DNA from: the human T2T-CHM13v2.0 reference genome, Homo sapiens
Direction: 5' to 3' (one strand)
DNA length: 64,000 nt
Assembly: GCF_009914755.1 (NCBI RefSeq)
Contig: NC_060933.1
Of the stretch, positions 14,644 to 28,575 are shown one piece after another. The stretch's first letter is position 1. Each line of letters begins with the position of its first letter. The notes under the pieces were generated by a model. It saw only the letters and a list, made by a program, of their open reading frames with translations, was not told the DNA's origin and ran no database searches. Both the position numbers and the translations under genes were made by a program.

Positions 14644-15924
14644 AAGTCCAGCACAAAGTATCCTAACACTTTTTTTGGATGGTACTAGAATGTAAGCTCC
14701 ACAAAACTAGTAACCTCTCTTTACAACTGCTTGTAAAAAATATCTTGATGTTATTTTTATTTGGTAATTTTGACTCCATTTATTTTCAAAAGTAAAAGAA
14801 ATCATTTTGCATTTTTTTCACTTTTCATTATTCTGTTTATGTTATTATTATTTTTTTTTTTTGCATAATCTTATGAGGTAAAAATTATCCTAGCTTCCAG
14901 GAGAGAAAACTAAGGTTCAGGCAGGTTCCAATAAATCTTCTAAGGTCACAAACTCGTAAATGGGGACATCTGACCTGGTTGATTGAACTCCCTCGCCAGC
15001 CTAGTCCTCATAAAACAGGGGTTAAAATGGTGGGAAGCAATTAACAAAAGAAGGTCATGCATAGTTTTATTTATATGGGTGTACTGGATATCAGAAAACC
15101 TCAGTTTTGTCCGAAATATGCCAAGAGTTACATTGTCAGTCCCTCCACTGTCTCACTGAGGTTTCTAAGCTTATGAAGGGATACAGCTCCCCCAAACACA
15201 ACTAACAAATGCTTCCTCATTCTATGGACAAATCCAACTTGGTTTTGAGGCTAAAAGTCCAACTCTACTACAGGCCAAATGTTGGGTCACTAAGTACAAG
15301 AAGGTTATCATGGAAAGACGGAAATAATCAGATTTTGAGGACAATATACCTGCGATAAAATGGACCAATAAAACGATGTCAATATTATCTACCCTCCAGG
15401 TTACTGTACAGTTAAAGATAATTCATACAGCACTTAACACAAAGGAACAGCTTAGGTGAATGAAGGTAAATATTTGGATCTGAGAGTGATTTGGAAAACC
15501 CAGAGGTCTCTCAGACCTGACAAAAAGAACTTATTCAAGGATATAAGGTCATTCCTCTGAGCAAAGGGTTTGTTTCTTATTAAAACGCTGGTGCACTGGG
15601 GAAAACCTGACCCCTTCCACTTTTATCAGCAACTCTTCACGGTAAAACACTGGCTGCATTGGAGGGGGTGTGGGGTGTGGGAAAGGCTCTTAGACACTGG
15701 GAGTTTACGAGGGAGGATAATCGTGGAAGGAGAAGGAGGAGGGTTCTGAATACACTCAGTTCATAGTTCTTCTTCTAACTGCCAGGGGTATGAGCACCTA
15801 CCATCTGTGACAGAAGCATGGGGAAGAGGGGATAAAGAGGGATTTTCATCAGCAGCATGGCTCTAGTCTAGTACATTTTTATAAGCCTCATATTTTAAAG
15901 TAATTATTTCAAACACTAAGAGTA

Positions 15925-16150
15925 AATCTAGAGATCTAATATACAGCATGAGGACTATGGTAATAATATTGTATTGTATAATGAGAATTTGCTAAGAGAA
16001 TAGATCTGAGGTGCTCTCACCATACAATAAAAAATAGGTAACTACAGAAGCTGATGGATATGCTAATTTTCTTGACTGTAGTCATGATTTCACTATGTAT
16101 ATTATAACACATTATGCTGTGCACCTTAAATACATACAATTAAAAATTAA
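15925..16150 (+). mobile_element. L1MA/MB 3' end
   Basis: AGAGATCTAATATACAGCATGAGGACTATGGTAATAATATTGTATTG motif. Confidence 0.8.
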
Positions 16151-16457
16151 TTTTAAAGACTCTGTGATCAATCATAACACAAAGCATAAATATTATATCA
16201 ATGATACTTTCTTTCTTGCCTCAGTAACCTCTCTGTTTCCAGTATTAACTCTGAAAATCAAGGGCCGACTAACCATGCTGTCTACACTTTACTCACAAGA
16301 TAGCCATACCTCTTCTTCTTCGAAGTGGCATTCACTGTAAGTACCAATCAGTGGAGTCCCTGTCTTCAAACTGGTTTATTCACCAGTACTGAATAAAGAA
16401 CCACAGCTTAGTACAACTATTGAAAATAGGGGGGAAAAAAAGGACTATTTTAATCGT

Positions 16458-16960
<503 letters not shown>

Positions 16961-17799
16961 TAATGAGGACACACAAAACCAGGGCCACCTGAAATTCTCA
17001 GTTTAGTCTCATTAAAGATCTTTCTCGGAAAGTTATACTGAAACCATGAAAGTATTGCTCTTGGTAAAATAACGATAAAAGAAAGAAGTTACTTAGCGGG
17101 ATTCTGACCGTATTTCACATTTTTTAAACGACTCTTCAGTACAACAATAATATCTAAATTGTTGCTAGGGCGAAATGGTAGTGAGGTTGAATTTGGTGAT
17201 GAATGTGAGGCATAGTCTGCTGTTTGGGAGAGGGACTGCTGTGTCAAAGATGAGTGTCGTGTTTTTTGAAGTTCAGATGGAAAAGTGCGAGAGAGTATTC
17301 TGATTCTGTGGTTGTTTGTGGGGAAAGATGGTGGTTTGTGTATCTTTTTCTCCCTCATGTCCATGTGAAGGGAGTTGTGCTAGCAACGCAGGAAGGTTGT
17401 TCATCATTATCACAGTAATTGGGGAATGGGGATGCTGACATATATTGCCAAGGGGCCAGGGGTCTTAACCACTCTGCAATGCCTTTACAGTGAAGAATTT
17501 TCCCAGCTCAAGTTATTCATGCTCCATTGAGAAATACTGTCCTCCAGCAACGATTTTGCCCTGTCTCCCCAGCTCCACTCTCTCTCCCTGGGGTTCTCTG
17601 ATGGATATATCAGAAGACATGAGCCTGCCCAGCCTAGCCCCCCTCCACTCTTGCTTCCTGGTCTGTCTGCCTGCAGAGTAGGTGTTTTCTGGGGTAGGCC
17701 TGCAGGTTGGTTTGTTTTGTTTTGTTTTTGAGGAGTGGGGTTAAGTTCAATTCAGGAGTGAATAATTAGGAAATCCATTGTGGGACACATCAAAAATCC

Positions 17800-18155
17800 A
17801 TGCATTTACCTGCTTCACTCAAAACCCACCAATTTCAATGTTAATCTCATCCAAAATATACCCTCACAGAAACATCCAGAATGCTTGATCAAATCTCTAG
17901 GCACTGTGGCCCAGCCAAGTTGACACATCACACCAGCTCCAGCACCTGCCCAGAAGAGTGATGCGTTCTCGGCTCTCCAGACCAGGCCAGTCACCAGCTG
18001 AGTGCCAGAGAGTGACCTCAGTCAATGCCACAAAGGATCACCTGGCCAAGCCCTCCTTGGTTCCTAACTCACAGAATCTGGCAACGTTATAAAATGGTTA
18101 TTTTAAGTTACCGAGTTTTGAGGTGGCTTGTTATGCTGCAATAATAACTGGAACA
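17800..18155. mobile_element. MLT2 fragment (-) followed by MLT1H-type fragment (+)
   Basis: GGCCCAGCCAAGTTGACACAT (MLT2 end); GTTATGCTGCAATAATAACTGGAACA (MLT1 end). Confidence 0.6.
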
Positions 18156-18159
18156 CTCA

Positions 18160-18610
18160 TTTTAAACTCCCATCACTCCCTCTCTCTCTTATGAAACTTC
18201 AGCTACACAGGCCACTACAAACACACATGCTCCCTCCTAGCCTCAGGCCTTTCTACCTGCCATTCTCTCTGTCTGCAATATTTTTCCTCCAGCTCTTTGC
18301 TTAGCTGGCTCCTTTCATCTTTCCTTCCTGCTTCAGATCAAATATTACTTCCTCAGAGAAGTCTTCCCTGACCACACTCCCTAAATTGGCCTCCTTCCCT
18401 CTCTATGTAGCTTTTTTTCATTCTGTTCATTTTCTTCAAAACATTGATCTCAATCTGAAATTATCTTGCTTTCTATCTTTGACTATTGTTTTCCTTGATT
18501 AAAGCATTAGATCTGTAGGGTAGGTTCTTAGCTAGCTCATTTATGGCTCACACAATGATTGGCACAGAATATGTGTTCCGTAGATATCTGTGGAAGGAAA
18601 AGTAATGAAT
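18160..18610 (+). mobile_element. L2 3' region
   Basis: TTCCTCAGAGAAGTCTTCCCTGACCAC and L2 tail motifs. Confidence 0.7.
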
Positions 18611-19250
18611 GCTTATCTCATATGTGGGTGACTGCCTTCAGGATCCTGTCCACAGGCCTCAACTTACTAAGTCTGCTATCATAGAATTTAATGAAGGAAG
18701 ATTAGAGCTCCCATGAGCTATAAAGGGTGTTTTTCTCTGACTTTTCTTCTGCTCTTTTTTTCCCCCTCTAATGAGATGAGCATTCACCAGGGAACAAAAA
18801 GCCTAGCATCCTTTTACAATACCTCACAGACAAAAACCACCGCATTTTTATACGTGATTATCTGTGGGGCTTATTTATAAATTTTCCTAACTCTGGAGGA
18901 TTAATTAAAAGACATCTCTAAACTGAAAAAGGAAAAAAAATTTTCTCTTATTTCCTGGAAATCCAGTCTACTCTTAGCCTTTGTGTAATACAGCCTCAGT
19001 TCTTAATTTCTTTCTTCTCCAGTCCCCCAGTACAGGGCTTACAGAGAGCTTGGGTTAAAGGGTTGGGGAGAGGCAGGTCCACCCCCTACTTTTTTTGTTC
19101 CCCCCTTTTCCAGTTGCTGGTTTGGATACACTTGAAGCATAAAAAGCAACAGATATTTTTTTCTCATCCCCTGAACTGAGGTTCTTATCAGAAGCCAGCA
19201 CTCAACCCATGCTCTATACTTCCTCATTCCCTTGTATTCTGATTCTCCCT

Positions 19251-19805
19251 TGTATTAACCATGTTTTTCATTTTCTGTATTCTGATACTTCAACATCTGG
19301 GGCCTTGCTAACCCTGGAGAGACTGCCCCTCCCAAGGTTTGCCAATTCCTAGAGAGTAAACAACTCACTTGGGAACATGCCTTTCAAGTACAAATCAACC
19401 AGTCCAGAGTCCACAGCCCAATCGCCTCTTTTACTGGGCTTTCACGCTCTGGGCCATCGTCCCTCTGCCTGAATTACCCCAGGGCCAGGTACCAGACAAC
19501 TAGAGAGAGCCCCTAAACCCTAGAGCCCGCTGAAATCATTCAAATCAGCCAATCCCCTGCCTCACCCATTCCTTCCCACAGAAAGGACAATAAAAGCTCC
19601 TGCTAACAGTTCCCCCCGCCGCCCTGCCCCCAACTTCTGTCCCTGACCCACCCAGGTGCTTCTCCATGTGACCCCCTTGTGGTGTGGTATGCCCCCTCCT
19701 ATTGGGAACTGTGAGTAACAAACCATCTTTTCAATGGCAATTGTCTCCTGATCTGTTGACCTTACTGTACCTCAAACTTCTATTAACATACTGCATTTTA
19801 AAACA
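19251..19805 (+). mobile_element. MER74-type solo LTR (ERVL)
   Basis: TG...CA termini (TGTATTAACC...AAAACA), internal AATAAA, perfect 5-bp TSD TCCCT (19246-19250 and 19806-19810). Confidence 0.8.
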
Positions 19806-20393
19806 TCCCTCTAGACTGTAAGTCAAGCCAATGTCTTAATTGTTTTGGGCAACTTGGATTCTGCACACTCAGTGCTCAGTATTTTAAGTTTTATTTTAGC
19901 AAGACTTAGAAACCTGATTTAAAGCACTGATTCATTCAAGAAACATTTTTTGATGTCTCATGTGTACTTGGTATTGTGGAAGGCCCTGGGGATAGGAGGA
20001 TGAATAAAACATGTTTTTAGGCAGGCTCCTGGCAGGATGGGGACTCAAAAAATATTTGAGAAAAGAAGAAATGAATCAATGTCTTCCCAGAGTTCACAAG
20101 CTAGAATCCATTGCTTGCCGATCCCCTGGTGTGTTACCTCTGTAAATTTGTGGTCAATTTTGGAAAGTTTGAAATTAGAATAGACTGGTTTGTCTCATTC
20201 TGTTCCATTTTTTACATGTCAAGCTATTGAAATCAGGACTCTAAACGATTGTTCAAATTTTCCAGGTTATTATTTAGCAGATTTAATGGTCTTTCTTGCA
20301 ACATCTTTACAAAAATATAGCCTAACTCACTGTAAGAAGAGCCTAAGGAAACTGTTGTCTGGGGGACATAAAGTAAATATAACATTAACAATA

Positions 20394-20690
20394 GGTCAAG
20401 TGCAGTGGTTCACATCTGTAATCCCAATGCTTTGGGAAGCTGAGGAGGGAGGATGGCTTAAGGCAAGGAGTTCAAGGCCAGCCTGGACAATATAGCAAGA
20501 TTCCATCTGTACAAAAAATTGTAAAAATTATTCGGGCATGGTGGTGCATGCCTATTGTCCTAGCAACTCAGGAGGCTGAGGCAGGAGGATCACACAAGCC
20601 AAGGAGTTTGAGGTTATACCGAGCTATGATCACTCTACTGCATTCCAGCCTTGGTGACAGAGTGAGAACTTGTCTCTAAATAATAATAAC
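20394..20690 (+). mobile_element. AluJ, followed by MIR (-) at ~20690-20915
   Basis: Diverged Alu with AluJ features (GGAGGATCAC, GAGCTATGATC). Confidence 0.9.
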
Positions 20691-23021
20691 AGCTAATACT
20701 TACTGAGCTCTTAGTATATGCCAGGCATTGTCCCAAACGTGGTACATGTAGTATTTTATTTAAACATTATAATTCATATTATCATCCTTAGGTTACAGAT
20801 GAGGAAATGAAGCTTAAATAGAGTGAATCATTCACTACAGTTAACATAGCCAGGGAGTACAGCCAGGATTCTAATTGAGGCAGCATTATCCCAGAATCTA
20901 CCTATTTAACAACTATAGCTATGAGGTAAATCTGTATAATTTTCTCAGTGTACATTGCTTAGACTCATTTCTAAAGTCCATGAAAGAATTTGGGCCAAAT
21001 TTATTCCCAAAGAAATCCTAGCCACTCAAAATTCTGCTACTAAATACACAATATTTGAGTTTGCCAGAATCTTTTTTCTTCCAATAATGTATTAGAATTT
21101 CTTTTTATGCTTTCTCTTCCTGGTCCCCATCCACAGGGGCCTAGTTGGTGATATAATAAAATGAGCTACTTTAAAGAAAAACTCCAGGATAGTTTCTCTT
21201 CAAAACTTTCCATAAAAGGGAACTGAGCTTTAATAACTACATTCATACATTGAATGCACCTTAGGACTGGAAAGTGAGTTTTCTGCTTCCTTATTAGTGA
21301 ATCTTTCCCAAGGAATTCTGTCAAAATCTTGTGGCAATGACTACCTCCCTGCCTTGGCTTTAATTATTCTATTTCCATTAGTCCGGGTCAACACATACCA
21401 CAGAGGTCATCTCTGGACTTGATGTACTGCATTAAAGGCGAGCTTCTCTAGGATAATTATGTCCTCAAAGACCAGGCATTGGGGTAATGCCTTGGGGAGT
21501 CTGAAACTCCAATCACCTTGAACTATGGATATTTCTTCTCTTAACATACATTTGTGGAAAAGAAAACCATAGGACATGAAATAATGCATAAGTCGCAAAT
21601 CTGCTGTTTTCTCTGCACATGACTGGAGATTAAATAAATTGACTATAGCAGGCAAACAGTACTCTTTTCTGGAAGCTTGAGTTTCAGAATTCCCAAGAGA
21701 AACACTAAAAGCTACTTCCTTTCTTCTCTTACAGCCAAAAGAGAAATCAGTGAGCTATTGAGTAAGACTTTTGATCCATTACCAAGACTCAAGCTTCCTA
21801 AAACACTAGTCAAATGGTATTTAATACTTCGTTTTAAGACCCAAACTTGCCCATCCCGGCCTACAGTAAAGGGAGAAGACACATCCCACGGCTTGCTTTC
21901 ACTCCAAAACAAGCATTTATTGAGTGTCTACTATGTGCCTGATCATGTTCTAAGTCTCTGAAGATAGAGAAGTGAACTTGTATCCTTATCACTGAGGAGG
22001 GAGAAGGCAGTACCTGCCAGTTACTTGAAATTCCCTTTGGAACCAATTCACAGGGCAGAACACTTTAAACTCTACTCAGACTCTCAGAAATTGGGTAGGA
22101 AGAAACTCCCTAAGTCTTCGGAGCCTCACAGCTGCCTTAGGAGCTCTGCTTTCCACACTTAACCAGAGACAGGTATTCAATATGAGCTGGGGGCAAGAAG
22201 CGTGAACCCCTCCAATTTTTATGCAAAGTTTTGTGAGCAAGTATGAGCATTTGCTGGAGCCAAAGTCTACAAGTGTCCTCGAATTCTCAAAAAGATCTGG
22301 AATCCTACCAAGGTTAAAAGCATTCCCCTAATATACCCACAACTCGTGGAGCCCAGGTGACTGCGCTTATGCTTTCTTGGTGAAGGCCACATGTCGAACC
22401 AAAAAGTCATGCCAAATGGATGCCACACTGACCGCAACAGCCACTTAGCCTGGTGTACACCCCGCTCAGTCCTTTCTCAACTTCACAACTTCGCTCACCA
22501 GAAAGCTTCGCGTGCAACTGTAAGATGGCCTATTCCTTTGGAAAGGAATGAGAAACACGTAGGCTTGGAAGTACTGAGACATTGGCGCCTCTCCTGTTTT
22601 GGTCCTGAATGGATTCCCGGCGAAGAAATCACATGCCTCTCTTCTCCTGACCCCACTTTTGGCATCTCTTAAGGCCGAAGCTGGTTCTCAGAGCTCGTCT
22701 GCCTACAGCTACTAAGTTCTCTGAGAGCAATAAAGATACGACGGGATCCATCTGGACGTTTTCCGGACAGGAGAGGCAGCCCGGCATTTCCCTTCAGAGA
22801 GTTGCTGGGGATGCACACCTGCTCTGGGACAGCCGGAGTGCGCAACCCGCACTTCTACACGCGCGCGCCGGGCAACATAGCGCACCGCGGGTACACGCAC
22901 GCCGACCGGACACACGCAGTCTCGTACACGCCCAACGAGCGCACACACCCGCACTCCATGCACGCGCGATGGGCGCACACACTCGCATCCCTACACGTGC
23001 ACACACCCGCGCTCCAATTAC

Positions 23022-23300
23022 CGCGCTAGCGCGCAAAAGAGCCGCAACTTCCGAGTGGGACTCGGCATGCGGGGGCAGTGCCCGGTACTTCACCATCAGT
23101 CACCTTCGCGTCCGCCTCCTCCCCTGCTGGTTGCACCTCCAGCCGCAGAGATTTCCGGCTGGGGCACCAGAACTGTCCAGGCCGAAAGAGCTGCTCCTCC
23201 GTCACAAAGCGCAGTTGCACACTGTACTGCAGGCGCGCGGGGACCCGGGCCGGAGCCGGGGTCGCAGCCATGGTCCAAGCGCCTCTGCTCCTGAGCCCTA
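23022..23300 (-). other. Candidate first exon of a minus-strand gene (TSS uncertain); donor GCG|gtaatt, alternative donor AAG|gtgact at 23104
   Basis: Donor lies inside the CpG island and is followed by a GT/GC-rich intron start; exon candidates with the same polarity lie downstream. Confidence 0.55.
23026..23271 (-). CDS. Putative 81-aa small ORF/uORF (MAATPAPARVPARLQYSVQ...GSFAR)
   Basis: ATG in optimal Kozak context (GGACCATGG); stop 4 nt before the 23022 donor; no known homologue recognised. Confidence 0.2.
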   Translation of the reverse strand: MAATPAPARVPARLQYSVQLRFVTEEQLFRPGQFWCPSRKSLRLEVQPAGEEADAKVTDGEVPGTAPACRVPLGSCGSFAR

Positions 23301-25356
23301 GCAGTGCCTCCCCCGCGCTGCTCTGGGCACCGAGAAACTGCTGGGGCAAGGGGGAGGGATTTGGAAGCGCGCACCACCTTCCCCAGCTCCCGTTGCAAGT
23401 TCAGTCTTCGACCTCCGAGACGCCCGGTGACTTCTGCTGGCACCTGCTGCCCTCGGCATCACCTCCCTCATCCCCCTGGAGGGCACGCTGGAAAGCTGCA
23501 ACTCCCCACCCTCCGCACAGGAGCGCCCCGTAGACGCGCAGATGGGCCCAGCCACCCAGCGGGGCGGCAGCCCTGAGCACACAAGTTTGGAGAGCGCGCG
23601 AGGCACCTGAAAGTGGTTGGGGTTTGGAAGCAAAAGGGTGACACCTGCTGTTCGCTGGGACCGCTCTGCGGGTGTGGGCGTCGGTTTGGAAACGTCCTTT
23701 GCCTGAGCTCTGCTTGGTGAGTGGGCACTCGCTCTTGGTGTGATTCTGGCGCAACTGGCACCCAAGTGTGAGCAGCAGTCCTAAGTGCTGAGTTCTTTCC
23801 TCACTGACAGGGTCGAGAGAGCAGCAGCAACGTGATAGGAAAGCCCGCAGACATTTGTCAACTGGCTGGGCCCAAAAGACCATATTCGTCTTCCATTACT
23901 TAACTTGGGATTGAAGGTTTACTCGCTGCTGTATTGTGAACCATTTCCCTAGAAGTGGGCCAGCAGAGCCAGGGACTCTTGTCCCAAAGTTGATGCCGAT
24001 CTCTAGCAGCTACCCAGCATAGTCTCTCGGCTCCAGCTTAAAAGGTTGGGCTCTCCAAGCTCTGAGTAACCGATTCGCAGGTCCTTAGTCCTCTTTGCAG
24101 AGAAACTGATCTGCTGCAGAGTTAAGAAAAGAAGCAGTTCTTCTTTTGACAAGAATCCCCCACACTTACAGATTCATGTGCCATAAACGGACCTTTTCTT
24201 CAAAAGCTGAACTGCTTTCTGTGTGCCCCCAGTCTGTGACCTCCTAATGGAATGAATTGCAGGGAGGAAGCAAGGTTTGTAAATCCATTCTGATCCTCTG
24301 AAGACAATGTTCCTCTTAACTGAGCAGGTTGACTTTAGAAGAACCAGCTTCCCTAGAAGTCCTGGGTTCTATGACTTCAGAGCTCCCAAGTGGGACTGTT
24401 AAACCCAGCCAAGCTGTATGAAATCCTGGGTCTCATTTATCTGCCTCCCACACCTTCTTCTTTCTCCCAGTTCCTGATCAGGCCTCTCTGGCTTCTCCAA
24501 TTTTCCTTTAAGACTTTTTCCTCCTCACCCTCCTTCTCTCTGTCTCTCATCTTTCTCAATCATCTACGTACTCTTTTCCCTTTTTCTCATTCTCACATTC
24601 TGTTGCTGCATGGCTTTGATTCAGGCTCTGGAAGCTCTTAGGAATGAGATTTTCTCAGTCTGGCGTAAAGGCCATAAAACACTGCATCCCACTTCACCCT
24701 TACACACCTTCCACCTATTGACGGAGGGATGACATGTTGTGACCAGAAGCTTGCAGGAACCTAACCCTAGGTATTTCCCCTAGGAGGAATGTTAGTGGCA
24801 CCTTCATAGAACATAGCTGCCATAAATAACAACATTTGACTATATTTTACAATAACAATGCCTTTTTTAGGGTGCTTAGCAAAGAGATCCCAGTAACTAC
24901 TAAATAATCTCTCTAAGTTCAGAGCTCCTGCCTTAACCCCAAAGAATGAATACCGTTGACTTTGAGGTCACATATTCTTGGTAGACGAGGTATTTTGGCT
25001 CATGGGCTTCCCAGCCTCTCAGATCCAATCATACACAGTGTTTCACCTATTCTGCCTGGATGTAAGTCAGGATCTGGTCATAAAAATAAAAGGCTGCCTA
25101 ATTATGAACTAACTCACCTTCCTGAACTCAGAGCTGGGCCCTCTCAAAAGCACAAGTGACTCAGAATATAAAGTGCTTCCTCAAGCTCCTCTCACATAGT
25201 TTACAGCCAAGAACAAAACTGGCCCATGTAGAAGGGACCTAATTTTTTTCTGAAGTTCTTCATAACAAATCCTTTATGAAATCTTTATGGTAATGCTAAT
25301 ATTAATCATTGATAAAATTGCCTTATTGTGTTTCATTTATTATTTCTTCAGATGGA

Positions 25357-25810
25357 TGTATTGGTTTCCAAGGGCTACCGTAACAAATCACCACAAACTT
25401 GGTGGCGTCAAACAACAGAATTTCCCCCGCAGTTCCGGAGGCCGGCAGCCTGAAATCAAGGCATCAGCATGGTCTTATTTCCTTTAGAGGCTCTGGGGAG
25501 AATCCTTCCTCGTTTCTTCCAGCTTCTGGAAGCATTCCCTGTTTCTTGGCTTCCTTCCCTGCCTCACTCCAACCTCTGCCTCCATGGTCACATTACCTCC
25601 TCATCTTCATGTGTCTTCTCTTCTGTCTCTTACGAGGGCAGTTGCCATTGGATTTAGGGCCCATCCAGGTTGTCCAGGATGATCAACATTTGACTATGTT
25701 TTACAATATCCTTGATTACATCTTCAAAGACCCTTTTTCCAAGTAAGGTCGCATTCACAGGTTTGGAAAGTTAGAATGTATATATGTCTTTTGGAGGACA
25801 ACCATTGAAA
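25357..25810 (-). mobile_element. MLT1B/C MaLR LTR
   Basis: TGTATTGGTTTCCAAGGGCTACCGTAACAAATCACCACAAACTTGGTGGC start. Confidence 0.85.
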
Positions 25811-25995
25811 GAACCCACACGTTCCCTGGTAGTCACCACTGGGGAAGAGAAATGAAAGATATCATTTCAAAGCTTAGGCCCAGCCCTTGTGTGTGTGATT
25901 TGGTGATTAGCACACTTGTTATTCCTGGCAGACGTGAGAGAAGACAGGTTGAGAGAAGGATTGTGCGAGGAGGTAGGGTGAGAGGGTCATGGTAA

Positions 25996-26417
<422 letters not shown>

Positions 26418-27515
26418 ATGTTTATCTTTCTTAAAAAATAAACTATATTGATTCTGCAAATTAATATTTTCCCAGAGACAGGAGAGGGAGAAAGAGAAAG
26501 AGCGTGAGAGCAAGAGAGAGAGAGAGAGAAACAGAATGACCCAACCTTTACTCTCTATACCAGTAGTCTTCAAGCTGAGGTATGTTAAGACCCAGGAAGG
26601 AGTATTTTAAGGAAATAAATTTCCAGACCCTCTACTTCCACAAATAGTTTTTTTTTAATTGATCTTCCTCAGAAACACTAATGAAGATGCAGATTCCCCT
26701 TCTCAGTGCTCACTGTTTTAAGGAAAGGCATACCTGTCACTCATCCTAAATTTTATGATGTCTAGTGTCTAGTTGCCATACACATAAAAAAATGTACAGC
26801 ACCAAAAAAAAAGACACAATTCAAAATATTGCTGTAGCTGTAGAGAAAGTAAATGACTGTAATCATTTCAAAACTCAGATGGTAGCTAATTCTTTGTTCA
26901 TAATAAAGTTGAGGGAGACCTATTAAGGTGCCAACTGAGAGATCGTTAAAAATAATCTTTGATGATAGATTACTATGTGACTTAGCAACTTCCAGCAACA
27001 ACAGTGGCCACAGAATGAGTGGTCCTTACACTTAAATTCTCTTACCTTCATGGCTATCTTCATCTATAATTAGTAATAAAAAGTATAGTAATAATTAAAT
27101 CAAGAGTTTTTATGAGACATATGGTCATGGAATTTTTTTTAAGTTGCATTTAAATTTATATACATTTTAGTTGTAGCAGGTATAAGGTTAGGATAACAGA
27201 TGTTTAAGTGTAAACTATATTACAAGTAGCATAAAATTCTATGGAGTAAGTACATTGGAAATAAGATTTGGAAAAGATAAGGAAAATATATATGATTTCT
27301 GACTATAAGAACTTGTCAGGTATTTTTAATGAATGATAATGAATATCAAATAACCACATTAATTAGAATTGCTGGCTTCCTTTAAAATGTGACTGTAACT
27401 ATTCCTTAATGTCAATATTAGCAATCAACTGGAAAAAATATTCTTGTGAATGTTTTAATTCGAAATATTTTAGATGTCAAATATGTGCAGGTAATGTTAA
27501 AATATGTGCAGGTAA

Positions 27516-28575
27516 TGTTACGGTAGGTAGCTAGTCAGGCATGAACAGGGCAGGAGAGGGCTACCCCACCACACAAACGCATCAGGAATGTCAGGAGACC
27601 ATCAGGCGATGGTCAGGTGGTTGTCAACTATCTCTCTAAAATAATAAAATAATTGATCACAGCTGGCGCCAGGGAACGGCAGTCTCCCAGTGGATAGAAA
27701 ACACCTGAAACTGTTGATCAGCAGCTTCTCAATAAGATCTTGGGAGTTGGGCAAATGGGCTCAAGCATGCGCATTAAGAGGCAAATGGCGGGGTTTAACT
27801 GGTATATGACCTTCCTCTAGGAATGCTAGACTGGTAGGTGAAGAAAGCCTCAAGTGAGCATCTGTACAACTCCAGTGTCACAATCAGGGTTGGGGTCCAG
27901 CTCCAGCTGAGGTCTGAGGAGAGTGGGTGGATGTGGGTTGGGGAGCTGGAAGAACACTCGAGAGACACCAGGTAAAAGAGAGTTGGCTTTATTCAGCAGC
28001 CCCTTCACAGGGTCAGTGTTACATTTACACACTGCACAGAAAACAGTGGCTGAGAGCCAGGTGGGGAGCTTCTCTATGTTGTGTCTACATGGTTATGATT
28101 ATATAAGACATGGGACTATGTGCTTGCACCCCAATCCCACTGAGTCAGCTAGGCTGTTTACCTTGGCCTATGCCTGCTGCCCTACGTGGCTGCAGCACAG
28201 CCATGTTCCTTACATCCAGTAACCACACTGTGTTCTCCCCTCCCAAGGGCTGGCAGCCCACTACACGTGTGCACAGCCCACCCCAAGGAAGGAATCAGGT
28301 GAGACATAACCCAAGACCCAGGCAGTATGCCAATGTCTAAAACCCCAAGTTGAAAGGGCATTTTGACCCTCAAATGCATTTGATCTCTCAAGTCGCCCTC
28401 TTCCAAGTACACTTGACTACCTTTCACTCCTGGTCTAAAGCTTTTTAATAAACTTTCACTCCTGCTGTAAAACTTGCCATGGTCTCTCCTTCTGCCTATG
28501 CCCCTCAGTCAAATTCTTTCTTCTGAGGAGGCAAGAATTGAGTTTGCTGCAGATCTATACAGTCCGCCGCTAACA
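27516..28575 (+). mobile_element. MER50 solo LTR (ERV1) interrupted by LTR18
   Basis: TGTTACGGTAGGTAGCTAGTCAGGC...GCTAACA with 4-bp TSD GTAA (27512-27515 and 28576-28579). Confidence 0.85.
27876..28214 (-). mobile_element. LTR18A-type solo LTR (ERVL) nested in MER50
   Basis: 339 bp, TG...CA termini, 5-bp TSD TCCAG (27871-27875 and 28215-28219); AP-1 site TGAGTCA at 28141-28147. Confidence 0.8.

Larger units (their letters stand above)
22670..23760. promoter_or_regulatory. CpG island / probable bidirectional promoter
   Basis: Sharp rise in GC and CpG. ETS cores (ACTTCCG ~23047, ATTTCCGG ~23151), GC-box-like CCGCCTCCTCCCC (~23112), GCATGCG (NRF1-like). Splice donors point outward on both strands. 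Confidence 0.9.

Noticed and set aside
17089-17364. 91-aa minus-strand ORF as a coding exon
   Set aside because: Ser-rich low-information peptide, no convincing acceptor, weak donor, no recognised homology.
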